A stretch of DNA of 64,000 bases from assembly GCF_009914755.1 (NCBI RefSeq), contig NC_060929.1. One strand, given 5' to 3'. The notes under the pieces were generated by a model that worked only from the letters and a program-made list of their open reading frames with translations, did not search any database and had not been told where the DNA came from. Below are positions 41,050 through 55,370 of the stretch, piece by piece. The position numbers and the translations under genes were made by a program. The DNA is from the human T2T-CHM13v2.0 reference genome, Homo sapiens. The first letter of the stretch is position 1. Every line of letters starts with the position of its first letter.

Positions 41050-41910
41050 TATTTATTTTTTTAAAATAGATTTTCAGAGCAGTTTTGGTTCACTGAAAAT
41101 TGAGTGAAAGGAACAGATATTTACCATATACTCCATATCTCCACACATATATGGCTTCTCCCACTGCCAACATCTGTGCCTATATTTGTTAAAACTGATG
41201 AACCCACATTGGCATGTCATTATCCCCCAAAGTTCACAGTTTACATCAAGATTCACTCTTGGTATTGTATATTCTATGGGTTTAGACAAACATATAATGA
41301 TATGTATCCACCATTATAGTATCAAAGTAGATACAGAATAGCTTCATTGCCAAAAAATTCTCTGTGCTCTGCCTATTCATCCTTCCCCCAACCCCTGGCA
41401 ACCACTGATCTTTATACTGTCTCCATAATTTTGCCTTTTCCAGAATGTCATGGTGCTGGAATTATATAGCATGCAGGATTTTCAGATTGGCTTATTTCAC
41501 TCAGTAATATGCATTTAAGTTTCCTCCATGTCTTTTCATGGCTTGATAGCTCATTACTTTTTAGCGCTGAATAATATTCCAGCGTCTGGATGCACCACAG
41601 TTTTTTTTTTACCCATTCACCTACTGAAGGACGTCTTAGTTGCTTCCAAGTTTTGGTAATTATGAATAAAGCTGCTATAAATATTCCTGTGCAGGTTTTT
41701 GTGTAGACATAAGTTACCAAGGAGCATGATGCTGGACCATATGGTAAGAGTATGTTTAGTTCTGTAAGAAACTGCCAAACTGCCTTCCAAAGTGGCTGTG
41801 CCATTTTGCATCCCCACCAGCAACGAATAAGAGTGCCTGCTGCTTCCTTCACATCCTCACCAACATTTGATATGGTTAATGTTTTGAGTTTTGATCATTC
41901 TAATACGTGT
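41050..41910 (-). mobile_element. L1MC 3' fragment (ORF2 C-terminus plus 3'UTR)
   Basis: The minus ORF 41448-41852 (CWWGCKMAQPLWKAVWQFL...FIAALFIITKTWKQ...EYYSALK) corresponds to the L1 ORF2p C-terminal domain. Confidence 0.95.
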
Positions 41911-42662
41911 ATAGATAAAAAATTATTTTTATTGCCCATAATTTCTAATATTTATATTTTAAATATTTATATTTTCACAGAAGGCCTATTTTGCTACAGA
42001 ACAGCATACTAGTGCAAGTAGAAAATTCACAAATGTATCATGAATAGTTCAGGAATCTGCAAGGCAAGGTCTAATGAATGACATAGATAGGTGCATACAC
42101 TGTCACTAACATTAATCACCCACTCAGGATTCTTAAGCTAGAGTATTCATTTCCTAGAAAATAACGGGGAATAGGGCAGGCTGAGAGCAAAGGGCCCATT
42201 TCTGAAGTCTCTGAACACATATTTATACAGACGGGTCCTCAGACAGCACTGTGATACTAAACTCACTCCATGGCAGAGTGGCCATTATTGTCACTTAGGC
42301 CATGTGGTCCTCTATTCCAGAATATTTCAAGGAACATTTTATGCTTTTATCAGATATGAGTTAGCTGTGCATATCAGAAATTTAATTCAAGTAGACAACG
42401 CTTTCATATACTCTGGCTTTGAACCAAGGAGTCAGTCACTAATGGCAGTTATACTCAAAAAGCTATCATCAAACCTAAACACTTGAAACTCAGAGCTAAA
42501 TGTATATATTTGCACTAAGATTTTCTCTTCGTCATTGGGCTTTTATTTTGGAGGGTTTCCTCAATAACATCTTCTCAAAATAACCTCCCTCCCTAGAATC
42601 TTCTCTAAAACAAAGCAGCACTGGTGTTTGATGTCATTTTAAAAATCGCATTATACCCTTAG

Positions 42663-42974
<312 letters not shown>

Positions 42975-43124
42975 TGTCATCACATTTTTTACTGGAATTG
43001 AGACATGTTCATCTTCATTATCCACTTCTTACCAGAACATAGAAAAACATATAATTCTCTGAATTAAGTAGAAAATTATCCTATGTAATCTAAGCAAGTG
43101 TCTTTTTCAAAAACGATGCTTATC

Positions 43125-43717
43125 AGTGTAAATCAAATTATTTAATTCCCCTGCTTAAAACCCTCCAATTAAAAAAATTACCAAGAAGAAAACCCCAGAT
43201 TCTTACTAAGTCTATAAGGGCTACATGGACCCTCATGATCTGGCTCCTGCCCAGCTCTGACTTCCTCCCTTTCAGCCCTGCCCTCTGCATCTTCTATCAT
43301 GCCATCTTTGCAGTTTCTTAAATACATCAAGCTTATCCTTGCTAACCCTGTGCTTGGAAAGAGCTACACGGTTAGATCCTTCTGTATGTTTACATCTCAG
43401 TTCCAATCTCCTCTTTACCAGGGAGGTCTTCCATGGTACCCAATTGAAATAGTGCCCACCTCTCCTCCCAGCACCACTTGCTCTCTATCACAACATGCTG
43501 CTTTAAGAAAAATCCCATTTATCGTTATCTGAATGCATCTTATGCATTTATTTTTTATCTACTTTCCCCTTGGTTTCCATGGATAGACACTATAATCCAG
43601 AAGATAGAAATCATGTATGGTTTTCATAAGAGCAGGAACTTTGTCTCTCTTGTTCACATTCCCAGAGCCTAGAACATACATAGTAGGCACGTGGGAAATA
43701 CAAATGAATGGTTGACT
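43125..43717 (+). mobile_element. LINE-2 3' region
   Basis: ccctgcttaaaaccctccaat...catgatctggctcctgcc...agagcaggaactttgtc...cccagagcctagaaca...tagtaggcac...atgaatg. Confidence 0.85.
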
Positions 43718-44779
43718 CAGTTGAGGCCCAAAGTCCTTACTGCATCATGGTCCGCTATCTTTTCACAGAGACAGATGCAAATGATGCAGCTTCACCAAGC
43801 CACAAACTTGCCTTAGTAAACAGCAACCCCACCCATACACTTCCAAGGGAACCACTGTGTTACAAAATGCTCCTAATGCCCCAAAGTCCCAGAAACACAA
43901 GGAGACCTGAGATGATAAAAGGCTCAAAGGTGCGAAAACCTTCCTTCCATGTCCTGGATAGCGTCATCGCTTTGGGTTTGGAAACTATTCTTGGGAATCT
44001 CGTTTGTGGTCAAGATTCAGAATGTTCACCAATTTCATGAATAGGCTGTGTTTTGGGCTGTACCTGTGGATGAGACCAAGAAGTAGAACTGAGATGCAAT
44101 CCTTCTCTAAAAGGGAGTTACTCACATTTCTTGGGAAACAAGATAAATTGAGGTAAACAATCGGAAGGAGGAAGGTGTCATTACTGACATTTAAAATGCT
44201 TTTTTCACATGACTTACATTCTGTCTAATAAGCATCATTAACCTCAACTTGAGAATATTGAGAAGAAAAGCCACACAGAACAAGGTTCAAATCCCAGTTT
44301 CTCAACTGGGATGTTCTTCAAGACTCTCTGGCTCCAGAGCCCTTTCTTCTGCATCACAAAAGCCTCATATGAGTTGCTTGAATAGCAGCGATAAAGGGTT
44401 CAAGAGAGGGACCCGAACAATTACACCACTGATCCCTTAACTCTTGACCCACTCCCAACGTATGTTCTATGCAGGTCATGTTTCAAAGACTCCATTTCTC
44501 TCACTTCATGTCATCATCTTATTTGATAGGCTTTTGGGCTAAGCCTGGCATCTCAAGGTTTGAAAGGTTCAATGAAGACTTCACTGTTGACAGTAGCATG
44601 TTCTTCATTATAAGAACTGTGGTTTTGGCCCCCTGCTCTAATTTATATTACTCCTAGTTTAATTTCAAAATTAGGTTCATGTTACCATATCATTGTATTT
44701 GTGTTTGCTATAAGCTAACAAAGTCATTGTGAAATAAAGTATAAAGAAATATAATTACATGACACAATATATGCTTATT

Positions 44780-45255
44780 TTGGTACATGACAAAAATGGC
44801 CACGAATTTTCATGCCTCCATTATCCATGTCCTTTGCCATGTGACTTCTCAGCTCCTTCCAGTAAGAAGTGAATATCTTGATCACCTTTTGAATCTAGGC
44901 TAACTTTATGACTCACTTTGGCCAATGAAATATAGTAGAAATGATAATGTGCCAGTCCTGAGTCTAGGCTCAAGGTCTTACATGTCTTTCTTTCTTTTGG
45001 ACCCTTGAAATCCCCATGTGAATAAGCTCAGATTGGCTTGGAGGTTGAGAGACCTGTGGGCCGTTGGTCCCACTGTCCCAGGAAACAGCCAGCCATATCC
45101 CAGAAGCCAAGATACCTAGTTGATCTGTCACTGACTTGTGATTCCTGAGGGAGCCCAGCTAAAACAAGAAGAACCACTATGCTGATTGCGGCCCCAATAA
45201 GCTGAATAAATGGCTGTTTTCTCAAATAACTAAGTAAGCAAGGGCTCCCTGATAC
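44780..45255 (+). mobile_element. Old MaLR LTR (MLT1H-like)
   Basis: aaaaatggccac...cctttgccatgtgacttctcagctcc...ttgaatctaggc...ctttggccaatgaaat. Confidence 0.75.
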
Positions 45256-45649
45256 AACTATACTCACGAAAGCTATTCATATATGCAATATTGTAATAAG
45301 TGACTCACTTACATAATCTCAGCCTTCAAGTTTAATACTATCTTCATTTTATATCTGACCCTTACAGAGGTTTATTGACTTATCTTTTCTCTTCTCCTAT
45401 ATAAAGTAAACCTATCTATTGTACTGTCACTATAGGAAATGTTAGTTAGCGCTCCTTAGCTGTGAACTTTATATTTTTATTGTTATACTTACATATAAAC
45501 CCCTTCCTATTTGGCGTCCAACTAAGCAGACTAAAAAATGTAAAGCTTGAAAACCCTTGTTACAAATTCTTCTTCATATTTTTTTGCTTAAAAGGCAACC
45601 TTAGAACATTGAAAGGAAGAAACAAGCTCAAGTTACACTGAAGAGCCAA

Positions 45650-46190
45650 CTTATCAGGGGAGGTTTGCCCATATCCTGACAGACTTTGATAAAGTGCTGA
45701 GGAAACCATGTGCCCTCTGAAAAATCCAGCCTGGCCCTGGTTGCCTTAACATCCCCAAAGGTTACTCTGTAGATCACTCCTCAGAAAGCCTTTGATAATA
45801 CAAATTACTTGCTTGCAAATTTAAGGGATAGTGTGTCTTGAGAATGTCTTTGAAGGTACACAAATGAATGCTCTGTTTTCCTCACTACAAAACTCAGACA
45901 GTACCAAGTCACGGGCCAAATTCTGTTTGTTCTACTTGTCTTTGTCAACTAAGCATCCTTCCCCAGGGGACTGATATAAATCAGCCTTCCCAGTGTCAGT
46001 GTGTAACAACTTCCTGCGAGGGCGGGAAAAAGGAAGTGTCCTCTCATGTTGGCTCTGCAATTCATAACCTGTAAGACTCAAGATCTCCAGCAAAAAAGAC
46101 AATTCAGGCAGTCCAGCGGTTGGCTGAAGGTTGTATTATTTCAGGATGTTAATAAGGTGAGACAGAAGAGAAAGCTGCTCAACAACCACA
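45650..46190. promoter_or_regulatory. Candidate enhancer (EBF, ETS/PU.1, E2F, GATA and RUNX motifs)
   Basis: Non-repeat DNA carrying ttccccaggggac, acttcctg, ggcgggaaaa, aaaggaagtg, cttatca, tgataa and aaccaca. Motif-based only. Confidence 0.4.
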
Positions 46191-49052
46191 TCTGTGTTCC
46201 AGAAGGAGAAAAGCAAAGTCATGAATTAAAATATGTAATTAAAAAATTTCTGCTTGGTATCCAAAGAAAATAAAATGCATTTAATTTTTCTCTCACCTTG
46301 ACTTCAGTTTTTTTCTGCTTCTTGTTGCTCCCAAGTATTTTATACACTTTATCAACACCTTCTTTCCCCAAGGACTGTGTGTGCCTGTGTGTGTGTATGA
46401 GTTTAAGTGTACACATATAGAGGTAATGGGCTTTGGGGACAATAAAGGCAGGAATGGGTATAGCCAAAGAATGAGAGGAGAATGGGCCCATTAAAGTCAA
46501 GGAAAATGAAAAGCTGTTTGATAGTAAAATATATACACAAATGGATAACAAATTTAATTTGTGAGCCTTAAGAAAGACTCAAAATTATAATAGGCCACAT
46601 TAAATTTGATTATTGGAAACTTTCAAAAGAACCCTTCTTATGTGCCCCAGTTGCTACAATGACATTTCCAATTCAATGTATTAAATGATCACTCTATAGG
46701 ATTGGCCCTCGGCCGACTGACACCTGCTTCATCTCTGCTTTCTGGTGTTGAATATAAATTAATGTTCTTCATTTATTGTACCTTGTTTATTAAACTAACC
46801 TTCTGACATTTCACCAGTGCTCATTAGGGTTAAAGTCTGTCTCCTACTCAGAAAGGGTGACTTTGAGTTAGGTGAGGCTCAGGCTGGTTGGGCTCAGCTG
46901 TGGGGCTCCTTAACAATTGTGGGAGGAATTGTGGGAGGGAAGCAGGTGGGTCTGAAAGTCCTGGTGGGAAATGATGCTGAAATGTAGACAAAGGAGACAC
47001 TGAAAATTACCCTTTTGGTCTGTGTTTTGCAAACTATTTGTATGGTCTCTTTTTAAAGGAAAAATTTGACATTTCAGGATTTTCAGTGTTTTATCATTTT
47101 ACTTAATTACGAAAATGCTTATAGGTACTGAACACATGTACACACCTGTAGTACAACTCTAAATCCCAAAGAAATAAGCTATAAAAACTATAAATTCAAA
47201 TTAGCAAAAGTAATTTAATAAGGATGGTTCTGTTTTACTGAAACAGAGTCATCTAGATTGATTTAATAAGACAAATGCATTTGCATGCTTTATGTCTCAT
47301 TTTTTGGACTTGATTCTTTTGCTTTTGATAAGGCATTATTTAAGACATTATTGTTATTTTTCTTTAAAAAATTAACTCATTTTAAACCAATTAGGTTCAT
47401 GGGCCACTTAAAACTGTGTTTCAAAATGCAATACTAGCAGGAAAAAACCCATTGAATTCCACTGAATAAGGAGTTTTCCACTGTCTTTTTGTAACTACCT
47501 GTACTGTCCCCTTATGAACTGCTCGATGTGCTGGAGTACAAAGATGGGTGCCCACTAACATGTTTGCTAGCCACAGGGTCTTGATGCTGACCACTGTGAC
47601 TGAGTCTTTGAACAAGGCATGACTGGGCTGCCAATTGCTGAGGGTATTCAATTTCTTCACTATTCAGTTTCCTCATTTAAATTGTGAATGCTGCTTCTAC
47701 TCATCATGCTATGATGCCTTTTGGTCTTCAGTAATGCTAAAGGGATAGGAACATAAATGCAAATTCAGACATAGAAACTGAGTAGCGGAGCTCAATTACA
47801 AGGTAATTGTTTCATGTCCAGAACTGCTTGTAGTAATGTACAAAATTACAAAGCCAAAACTATCACAGAAATTCTACACATTAGAGAACACATCCATGTT
47901 TGCACAACATCTTCCTAGTTTGTTGTTTTGCCTGGGACTATTGGACCTTGTTAATAGATTCGTCTAAGCACAGTTAATAAAATAACTTTTTGGCATTCAG
48001 AAATGTACTGTAGAGGGCTCTTATAATGGGATTATGGGACTGTGGAGAGATGACCCTTATAAAAGCATGTGATCATCATAGGTAAAAAGATTTTTTTTTT
48101 TTTTTTTTTTTTTTTGCTAAGGTGTGCTCCTAATTGAATTTTACTTTTCTGCTTTAGCTAACAAAGTTTTTTAAAAAAATGTAATGACTTTTGAAAATAT
48201 ATCATTACTTTTAACTTAACATATGTGCAAACCAACATTCACAGTTTCAAGTTTATGTGTTTCTGGTCAAGCCAGAGGCTGCTCCCTTGCAGCATTTTAA
48301 TACCTCTGGTGGAAAAAAAAAAAAATCATTTCTTGTTTGATACAGAAAAGAGAAAAGAACAAAATTAAATAAAAATGTTTTATGCCCCTTTAAAAAAGTT
48401 AACCTGAAAACCCAAAAGTTTATTTTGATTTCTGTTGGATAGAGACCATCACCCAAGGGATAGGTTTGCCGACAAAGGCACCAGAAATTTCTATTAAGTG
48501 CCTTATTTCATGCAGTGCTTCATTTAATTCCTGAAGACAGATTTCCAGTCTGCACAAGTACCAACACACATGTATTCATACTTTCCCCACAGCTTGCCGA
48601 AACTTAGGTGTCAAAGTCTCCCGCAATAGATTACTCTTCTATGAGGGAATATGCAGACTTGCTAGTCCATGGGCCATTGTTCCCTAGCACTAAGTTGAAA
48701 TGATTCTGCCAACCGGGACCCCAGAGATATCAGAGATTTCATCATCTGGTGCCTGGCTGAGCTGCTCAAGGTCATTGACTAACTTAATGGCTCAGAAGAT
48801 TATTGCAATCCTGAAGGAAACATTCCAGGACAAGTCATTCCTATTTATAGAAATAGCTTAAAAATGTTCCCAATAAACTCTTTACTCTGTCTACTTGACT
48901 TAAAATATAATTCTATTGCTCAAGTATTTACATATATATAAATTTGTGTGTTTGTATCTGGACAGGTAATGATGTGTACTTTAGGGACAAATCTTTGGTT
49001 TGCTTCTTAGAAATACATAGTCTTCATTCCACCAAACGCCCCCCAAAATTTA

Positions 49053-49540
49053 TGTGGCAGAGCCTGCCAGTTGTCCTCTACTATTCATTTTCACCTTTTC
49101 TGGTAATAGAATTTTCAGCAGACACAAGATTGTCCTAAATAAAGACCATGTTGCCACGTTACCCTGCCTCCCTTGTAGCTAAGTGTAGTCATGTGACTAA
49201 GTCCTGGTCAATGAGAAGTAAGCAAAAATGTTAGAGCAACTTCTGGGACCCTCATATGAGAGTTGGCTGACATATGCTCTTTGCCTTTTCAACATTTCAC
49301 CCCTCCTGCTGCCTGGAAACAGATGCCACCTTGGACTATGATAATGAGGCCACACTATACAGGTAACAGCACGGTGAACTATTTTCTGAGGATTTCCAGG
49401 AGCAGATCCCCCTTACCCACCCAGTGCTGCTTTTTTCCACTCTTTTACACGAGAGAAACCCACTCATTTTTCTTGAGCTATTTTGTTTAAGATTGTTAAT
49501 TTTGGATTTTTCTGTTCCTTGCATACAAACCTAAAATTAC
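49053..49540 (+). mobile_element. Old MaLR LTR (MLT1J-like)
   Basis: tgtggcagag...cctcccttgtagctaagtgtagtcatgtgactaagtcctggtcaatgagaagtaagca. Confidence 0.8.
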
Positions 49541-49573
49541 AGAACGCAATTTGGTATGAAGCAAATTGCTTAA

Positions 49574-49771
<198 letters not shown>

Positions 49772-51791
49772 ATAGCACTGATATGGATGATTACACAAAG
49801 ATATACTAACATATAAAAAGAGAGATTACATCTATGCACGAACAATAAAGAATTTATAGCACATGCATATTAAAGCTAGGTAGATCATTTAGATAGAGAA
49901 CAGAGAAAGAAACTATGTTCCAAATCTGCATAAGATAGGGTGAGGGAAGGTCAAATGTTAAGAGCTGTTTGAACAGCTTGGTGGACTAAAATGAGATAAT
50001 CCAGACCCATAGTCTCTTGGGAATAAGCTTAGAGGTTGAAAGGAAAGAGCAGACGGAGGGGGCTTTGAGAAAGTATGTGGATCAGGCTGACAGCAGCCCA
50101 GCTCACTTTCCACGGAGCTGACTCAGCCTGCCCTGCTCCACCCTAACCTCTGACCTCCTGTGCAGTCACACATGGAGGAAAGCCCTGGGCAACTGTACTT
50201 CTTGTTCCTTTAATGCCCCTACTGCAAAAATAACCTCCAGCTGCTCCAGTAGTGCTAGAGGCCGTGGGGAAGAACCCGACCCCACTCTCAGAGCCCTTAG
50301 AGGGAAAGGCAGCCCACTCAAGCAAGCATCTGATGCCTGAAGATTCCTCTTCCTTCTCTGAGTGTGGCAGCTGCAGCAAGAAAGGAGGAGACCAACATGA
50401 GACTTGGTAAACACATAAGAATGGCAGCAGAGGAGGTAGCCATTCCTGGGGGCCCAGGCTCCCCTCGGGAGGTTGTGAAATTGATATGGGCATCGAGCTA
50501 AAAAAGTCCCTGGAAAGCCCCCACCTATGGGGAGCTTGGGATGAAGCTGGAGCAGGCTTCTATCTCTCCCAGAGTCAACACCAGGAAGGGACAGCTGGTG
50601 TGACCTGGGCATGATAAGGAGAAACAAAGCTGAAACTAAAGAAGCAGGAACTGGAGCCTAGAAATGTCAAATAAGTGTAGAGAAGCCACAGGGTCCCACT
50701 GGAGACTGGGGTGGGATGCAGGAACGGCTAAGCGATTTGTCCAGATAATCCAGATGAAATACAGGTGTTTACAATGCTGAGCCATTTCAAGGTAAAAGAA
50801 GTTTATAGAAGTTGATTCAAGTCTCTGCCTCATGATTTTCTTAATGGGGCTTGGCTATATTCCTCTCTGCAGGAGTGACACACATGTGTGCTCCAGCACA
50901 TCTTTTTAATATGGGAGACTCCTCAAGTTTTGGTTCTCTAGACTCTCACGCTAAGGACATAAATCCTGACAACTCTTTACATTTCCCCACCTGATAGTCC
51001 CCTACTCACTAATTTGTACACTGCTTCTGTGGAAGTGACCAGGGCGTTTCTGCCTGGTAGGCAGAGGAGTACTCAAAAAACAGAGGGCGATGCAAGGCCA
51101 CCCAGCAAGGTGTTGGCAGAGTGCCTGACTCGGGGTGCCTGTGTCAGCCTGATAAGCCCTCCAAAGCACCACGCTGTCACTGGAGGGTAGGGCCAGGGTT
51201 GTTGAGGTCAGGGATGATGCTGATGAAAATACTGTTAACCGGACTCAGCCGGTTTTTACATGAATTCATCTGAGTATCTAGAGACTTGACTGTCTTTTCT
51301 CTCTCTCCTCTCTCCTCCTCTCTTTGGTCAGCTTGTAGCTTTGAGGTACCAGGCCACCTGACCACATTCTTTTAGATTCTCTCCAACAAAGATATTGAAG
51401 AGATCGCTCATCCAATGCTATACAATATCAGATCATTTATCTGTCCACTCCTCACCCCAAACTAAACTCTCAAGTTTTCTGAAATTAAAAAAAAATACAT
51501 TTACCAAACACATGCATCATAGGTATCATGAGCACAATGAGATTAAGAAGATGCAATGGCTATCTTCAAGGAGCTCATATTCTATTTGGAGAGAACACAC
51601 ATACATGCACGTCCACACATGCACAAATTGTTCAAAGACAACAACCAAAGAGACGCAATCAAGGCTTCATGTGTCCTTTTTCCAAATGAATGGACAGGGA
51701 TAGCTGTATTGTTTAAACGAGGGAGAGAACTTCAGCCTGTGGTGCAGAGGAGGAAAGACAGCAGTAAACAAAGAGGACTATGATAGGCTAG

Positions 51792-52172
51792 TGTTACAGG
51801 TCAAATTGTATCCCCCCAAATTCATGTTGACAGCCCAACCCCCTGTACCTCAGAATGTGACCTTATTGGGAGATAGGGTCTTTACAGAGATAATCAAGTT
51901 AAAAATGAGTTCATTAGGATGGGCCTAATCCAATATGACTGGTTAGTTATAAAAATGGGAAATTTGGAAAGAGACACATATAGAAAGAAGATGGCCTTCT
52001 GCAAGCCAAGGAGAAAGGCCTTGGATGGATCCTTCCCTCACAGCCCTCCATAGAAACCAAACTTGCTGATACCTTCATTTCAGACTTCTAGCTTCCAGAT
52101 CTGTGAGATTATACTTTCTGCCATTCAAGTCAACCAGTCTGATATATCACAGCAGCCTGAGGAAGCTAACAT
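51792..52172 (+). mobile_element. MaLR solo LTR (MLT1B-like)
   Basis: cccccaaattcatgttga...cctcagaatgtgaccttatt.ggagatagggtctttacagag...gcaagccaaggagaaaggcc. Confidence 0.9.
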
Positions 52173-52570
52173 GTCTTGACACCAGGGTTAGCTCTGAGTA
52201 AGCAGAGCAGGATGGGAAAAGGCTTAACGTTGGAGAAACAGGACCAACAAAATAAGCCCTTCCAAATGCCAAGTATATTCTGAGAAAACCAGTTTACCTG
52301 AAGCCGAGCGTTTATGTGGGAGAGCGGTAGAGCATAACGTGTCTGTAAGGAGTCCTCATGTCTATGCGAGCTGGGCTGTGTTCTAGGCTGAGGAGTTTGC
52401 GATGTGTTCTAAGGGCAGAGGGGAACTGTGGTGGCACTCAGAAGCATGTCATAAGACACAGGGTGTGTGAAGACGATGGCTAGCAAGAGGATTGAGAGAC
52501 AAGCACGGAGAAAGGATGCTCAGTCACAAAAGTAGTTCTCAAGCTTGGTTGCCAACTAGAGTCACCTGAG

Positions 52571-53027
52571 GTAACAGGCTGACACCAGCCCCCAGGGTTA
52601 TCCAGGACTTAATCCTGGGAACCTGTGAATGTTTGTTTCTGTGGCCAGAGACTTTGCTGATGTTGTTTAGGATCTTGAGAGGAGGAGAGTACCCCAGGTT
52701 ATCCAGGTGGGCCCTAAATGTAATAACAAATATCCCTCTAGAGGGAGGCAGAAGGAGATGTGACTTTACACCAGAGGAAGAAGGCTGAGTGACAAGGGAA
52801 GTAGGGGGAGAAAACGCAACGAGATGGGGCTATGAACAAGCATGGGGAAAGAAAGGAAATGCATTCTCCACTAGAGCGTCCGGAGGACAACACCTTAATT
52901 TTACCCCAGTGAAACCCATTTTGGACTTCTGGCCTACAGAACTACAACTGTAGGAAAATAAATTTGTGTTCTTTTAAACCAGTGAGTTGGTCGTAATCTG
53001 CTACAACAGCCATAGAAAGCTAACACA
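52571..53027 (+). mobile_element. MaLR solo LTR (MLT1C/D-like) inserted in a MER5 fragment (about 52531-53130)
   Basis: ttatccaggtgggccctaaatgtaat...gaaacccattttggacttctggcct. The flanks agtagttctcaagcttgg..tagagtcacctg and cctggggag are MER5-like. Confidence 0.8.
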
Positions 53028-53379
53028 CCTGGGGAGACTTACAAACATCTGTGGCCTCGACCCCATCTTGGAGGGGCTGAATCTGTTTTGAGAGTGAAGC
53101 CCAGGCTGTAATGTCTCCCAGGTTTGTGGCAAGGTCAAGGACCTTAGGAGGCTGCAGTCCAAGTGTGAGGCCACAGGAGCCCGACCAGTGGGAGCAGCCA
53201 GAGAGAGAAAGAAAGGAATGCAAAAGGTATCATGAACAACACACTGGGACCAGGAACTACTCGGTTACTTCATTTAGGGAAAAAAAGCAAGAGTCAAAAA
53301 TGAAATGGACTCAGACCCCATATCTGGAGAGCACCAGACCCTTCATACCGGGGAGGAAGGGCAGGTAAGCTGGGGTGGA

Positions 53380-53880
53380 GGTGGGCCTGATTTTAATTGT
53401 CTGTCTGGGGTTGTCCAGCAGGCAATTGTAGAAATATGAGATGACAGCTGGAGAGAGAGAAAGCAGGCCTGAAGGTAACATTGGGGCATCATCAGCAGAG
53501 ATGGAAGTTGAAGCCTGACCATGAGTGAGATTTCCAAGGGAGTTTTAAAATGAGAAAATGAGAGTGAGGAAGAACAGAACCAGGCTTCCCATACCACTGT
53601 GGAGAATGAGATGAGTAAGCAGACAGAAGCAATAATCAGAGAGGCAGAGAAGTACAAGAGAAAAGCTCGGTGCATGTGTGGGGAGGGAGACGACAAAGCC
53701 ACATGCTACAGAGAAGGTCAAGAGAAGGATGACTAAGAAATGATGGCAGATTAGAGGCCATCGGTGACCTTTGAGAAAGCAGTTTCCCTGTTGTAAAGAG
53801 GTGGGGACAGATATCAGATGACTGGTCTATGGGAGAGAGTGGGTGGGGAGAATGTGGAAGCAACAATAGAGGCTAACTTT
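53380..53880 (-). mobile_element. LINE-2 ORF2-region fragment
   Basis: tgtccagcaggcaattg...ggggcatcatcagcagagatgg.agttgaagcc...ggtgacctttgagaaagcagtttc. Confidence 0.75.
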
Positions 53881-53934
53881 TGGGGCCCTGGGAATGAAAG
53901 CAAACTGAGGAATGAAGTGACAGCCTAGCCAGGT

Positions 53935-54180
53935 AGACACAGAGCTTAGCGGCATGGGCTTTGCACTCAGACAGACCCGAGCCACCCCCAGCTCCTCCAC
54001 TGTACTACCTCGAACAAACTCTTTAACCTTGCATAGACTCAGTTACCTTGTTTATAAGACAGGCACAATAATTAGTGCCTACACCAAAGAGTTGTGAGAG
54101 TTAGATGAAATACCATAGGTAAATTGCCTATTTTTACTGCCTGCAACATAGTAAGTTCCCCAAACTGATATAGAAATGAA
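53935..54180 (+). mobile_element. MIR SINE
   Basis: ggcatgggctttgcactcagacagacc...ttaacctt...ctcagttacc...agttgtgagagttagatgaaa. Confidence 0.8.
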
Positions 54181-54235
54181 TAGATAGATAGAGGCAGAGA
54201 TGTACAAGAGCTCTGGAATCTCAGGTTCCTATAAA

Positions 54236-54934
54236 ATGGATTGCCAGGTAAAATACAGTATTCAGTCAAATTTTAACTTCAAAATAGAAATAATTTTTAG
54301 GATAAGCGTGTTCTAAATATTTCATGGACCAAACATACTAAAAAATTCTCTGTTGCTTGTATTCATTTTCTATTGCTGCTCTAGTAAATTATCACAAACT
54401 TAGTGGCTTTAAACCAACACAAAGTTATTGCCTTACAGTTCTGTAGTTCAGAAGTCTAATACGCATTTCACTGCGCTAAAATCAAGGTGTCAACAGGGCA
54501 GGCCCCCATTCCTTTCTGGAGGTGCTAGCAGACAATGTGTATTCTTGCCTTTTCCCACTTCTGGGGCCACCCACACTCTTTGGTTCATGGCCTGTTCCTC
54601 ATCATCAAAGCCAGCAATGTTACATCTCTCTGATCCTTCTTCCTTAGTCAGATCTCTCTCTGATTGCAGTTGGCAAAAGTTGTCCACTTTTAAGACCTTA
54701 TTTGATTAGATTTGGCCCACCTGGATAATCCAGGCTATTCTCCCCATTTCAAGGTTCATATCTTTAATCACATCTGAAAGTCCCTTTTGCCAAGTAACAT
54801 AATATAGTCATAGGTTCCAAGGATTCGAACATAAATATCTTTTGTGGAATATTATTCTGCCTACAATATTGTTTATCTGAAATTCAAATTTAGCTAGGTA
54901 ACCTGTTGTCTCTTTGCTAAATCTGGTAACCCTA
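54236..54934. mobile_element. MER53 hAT MITE split by an MLT1 LTR
   Basis: Ends (a)tggattgccag and ctggtaacccta. Perfect 8-bp TSD cctataaa at 54228-54235 and 54935-54942. Confidence 0.88.
54358..54868 (-). mobile_element. MaLR solo LTR (MLT1D-like)
   Basis: tgtattcattttctattgctgct...cacaaacttagtggcttt...attattctgcctacaata. TSD ttgct/ttgtt. Confidence 0.9.
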
Positions 54935-55112
54935 CCTATAAAACTTTGATTAACTGGAAGGAAAAATACTAATTTTCCCTTTCCATAGAGCCTCAACTAT
55001 ATCTTTTATTAATTCTTATTTCCATTCTATGATTCCTCCATATGCATCCCCCTTTATGCTGTATTATGTGTATTTCTGTTTCAAATTTTATTTTTTTTTA
55101 AATAAAATTTGC

Positions 55113-55370
<258 letters not shown>

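Noticed and set aside
41448-41852. 134-aa ORF with clear protein-like motifs
   Set aside because: It is the decayed C-terminus of L1 ORF2p inside an L1MC fossil, not a gene.
50143-50627. Longest ORFs in the window (153 and 116 aa, minus strand)
   Set aside because: No recognisable domain and overlapping frames, as expected by chance in GC-richer DNA.
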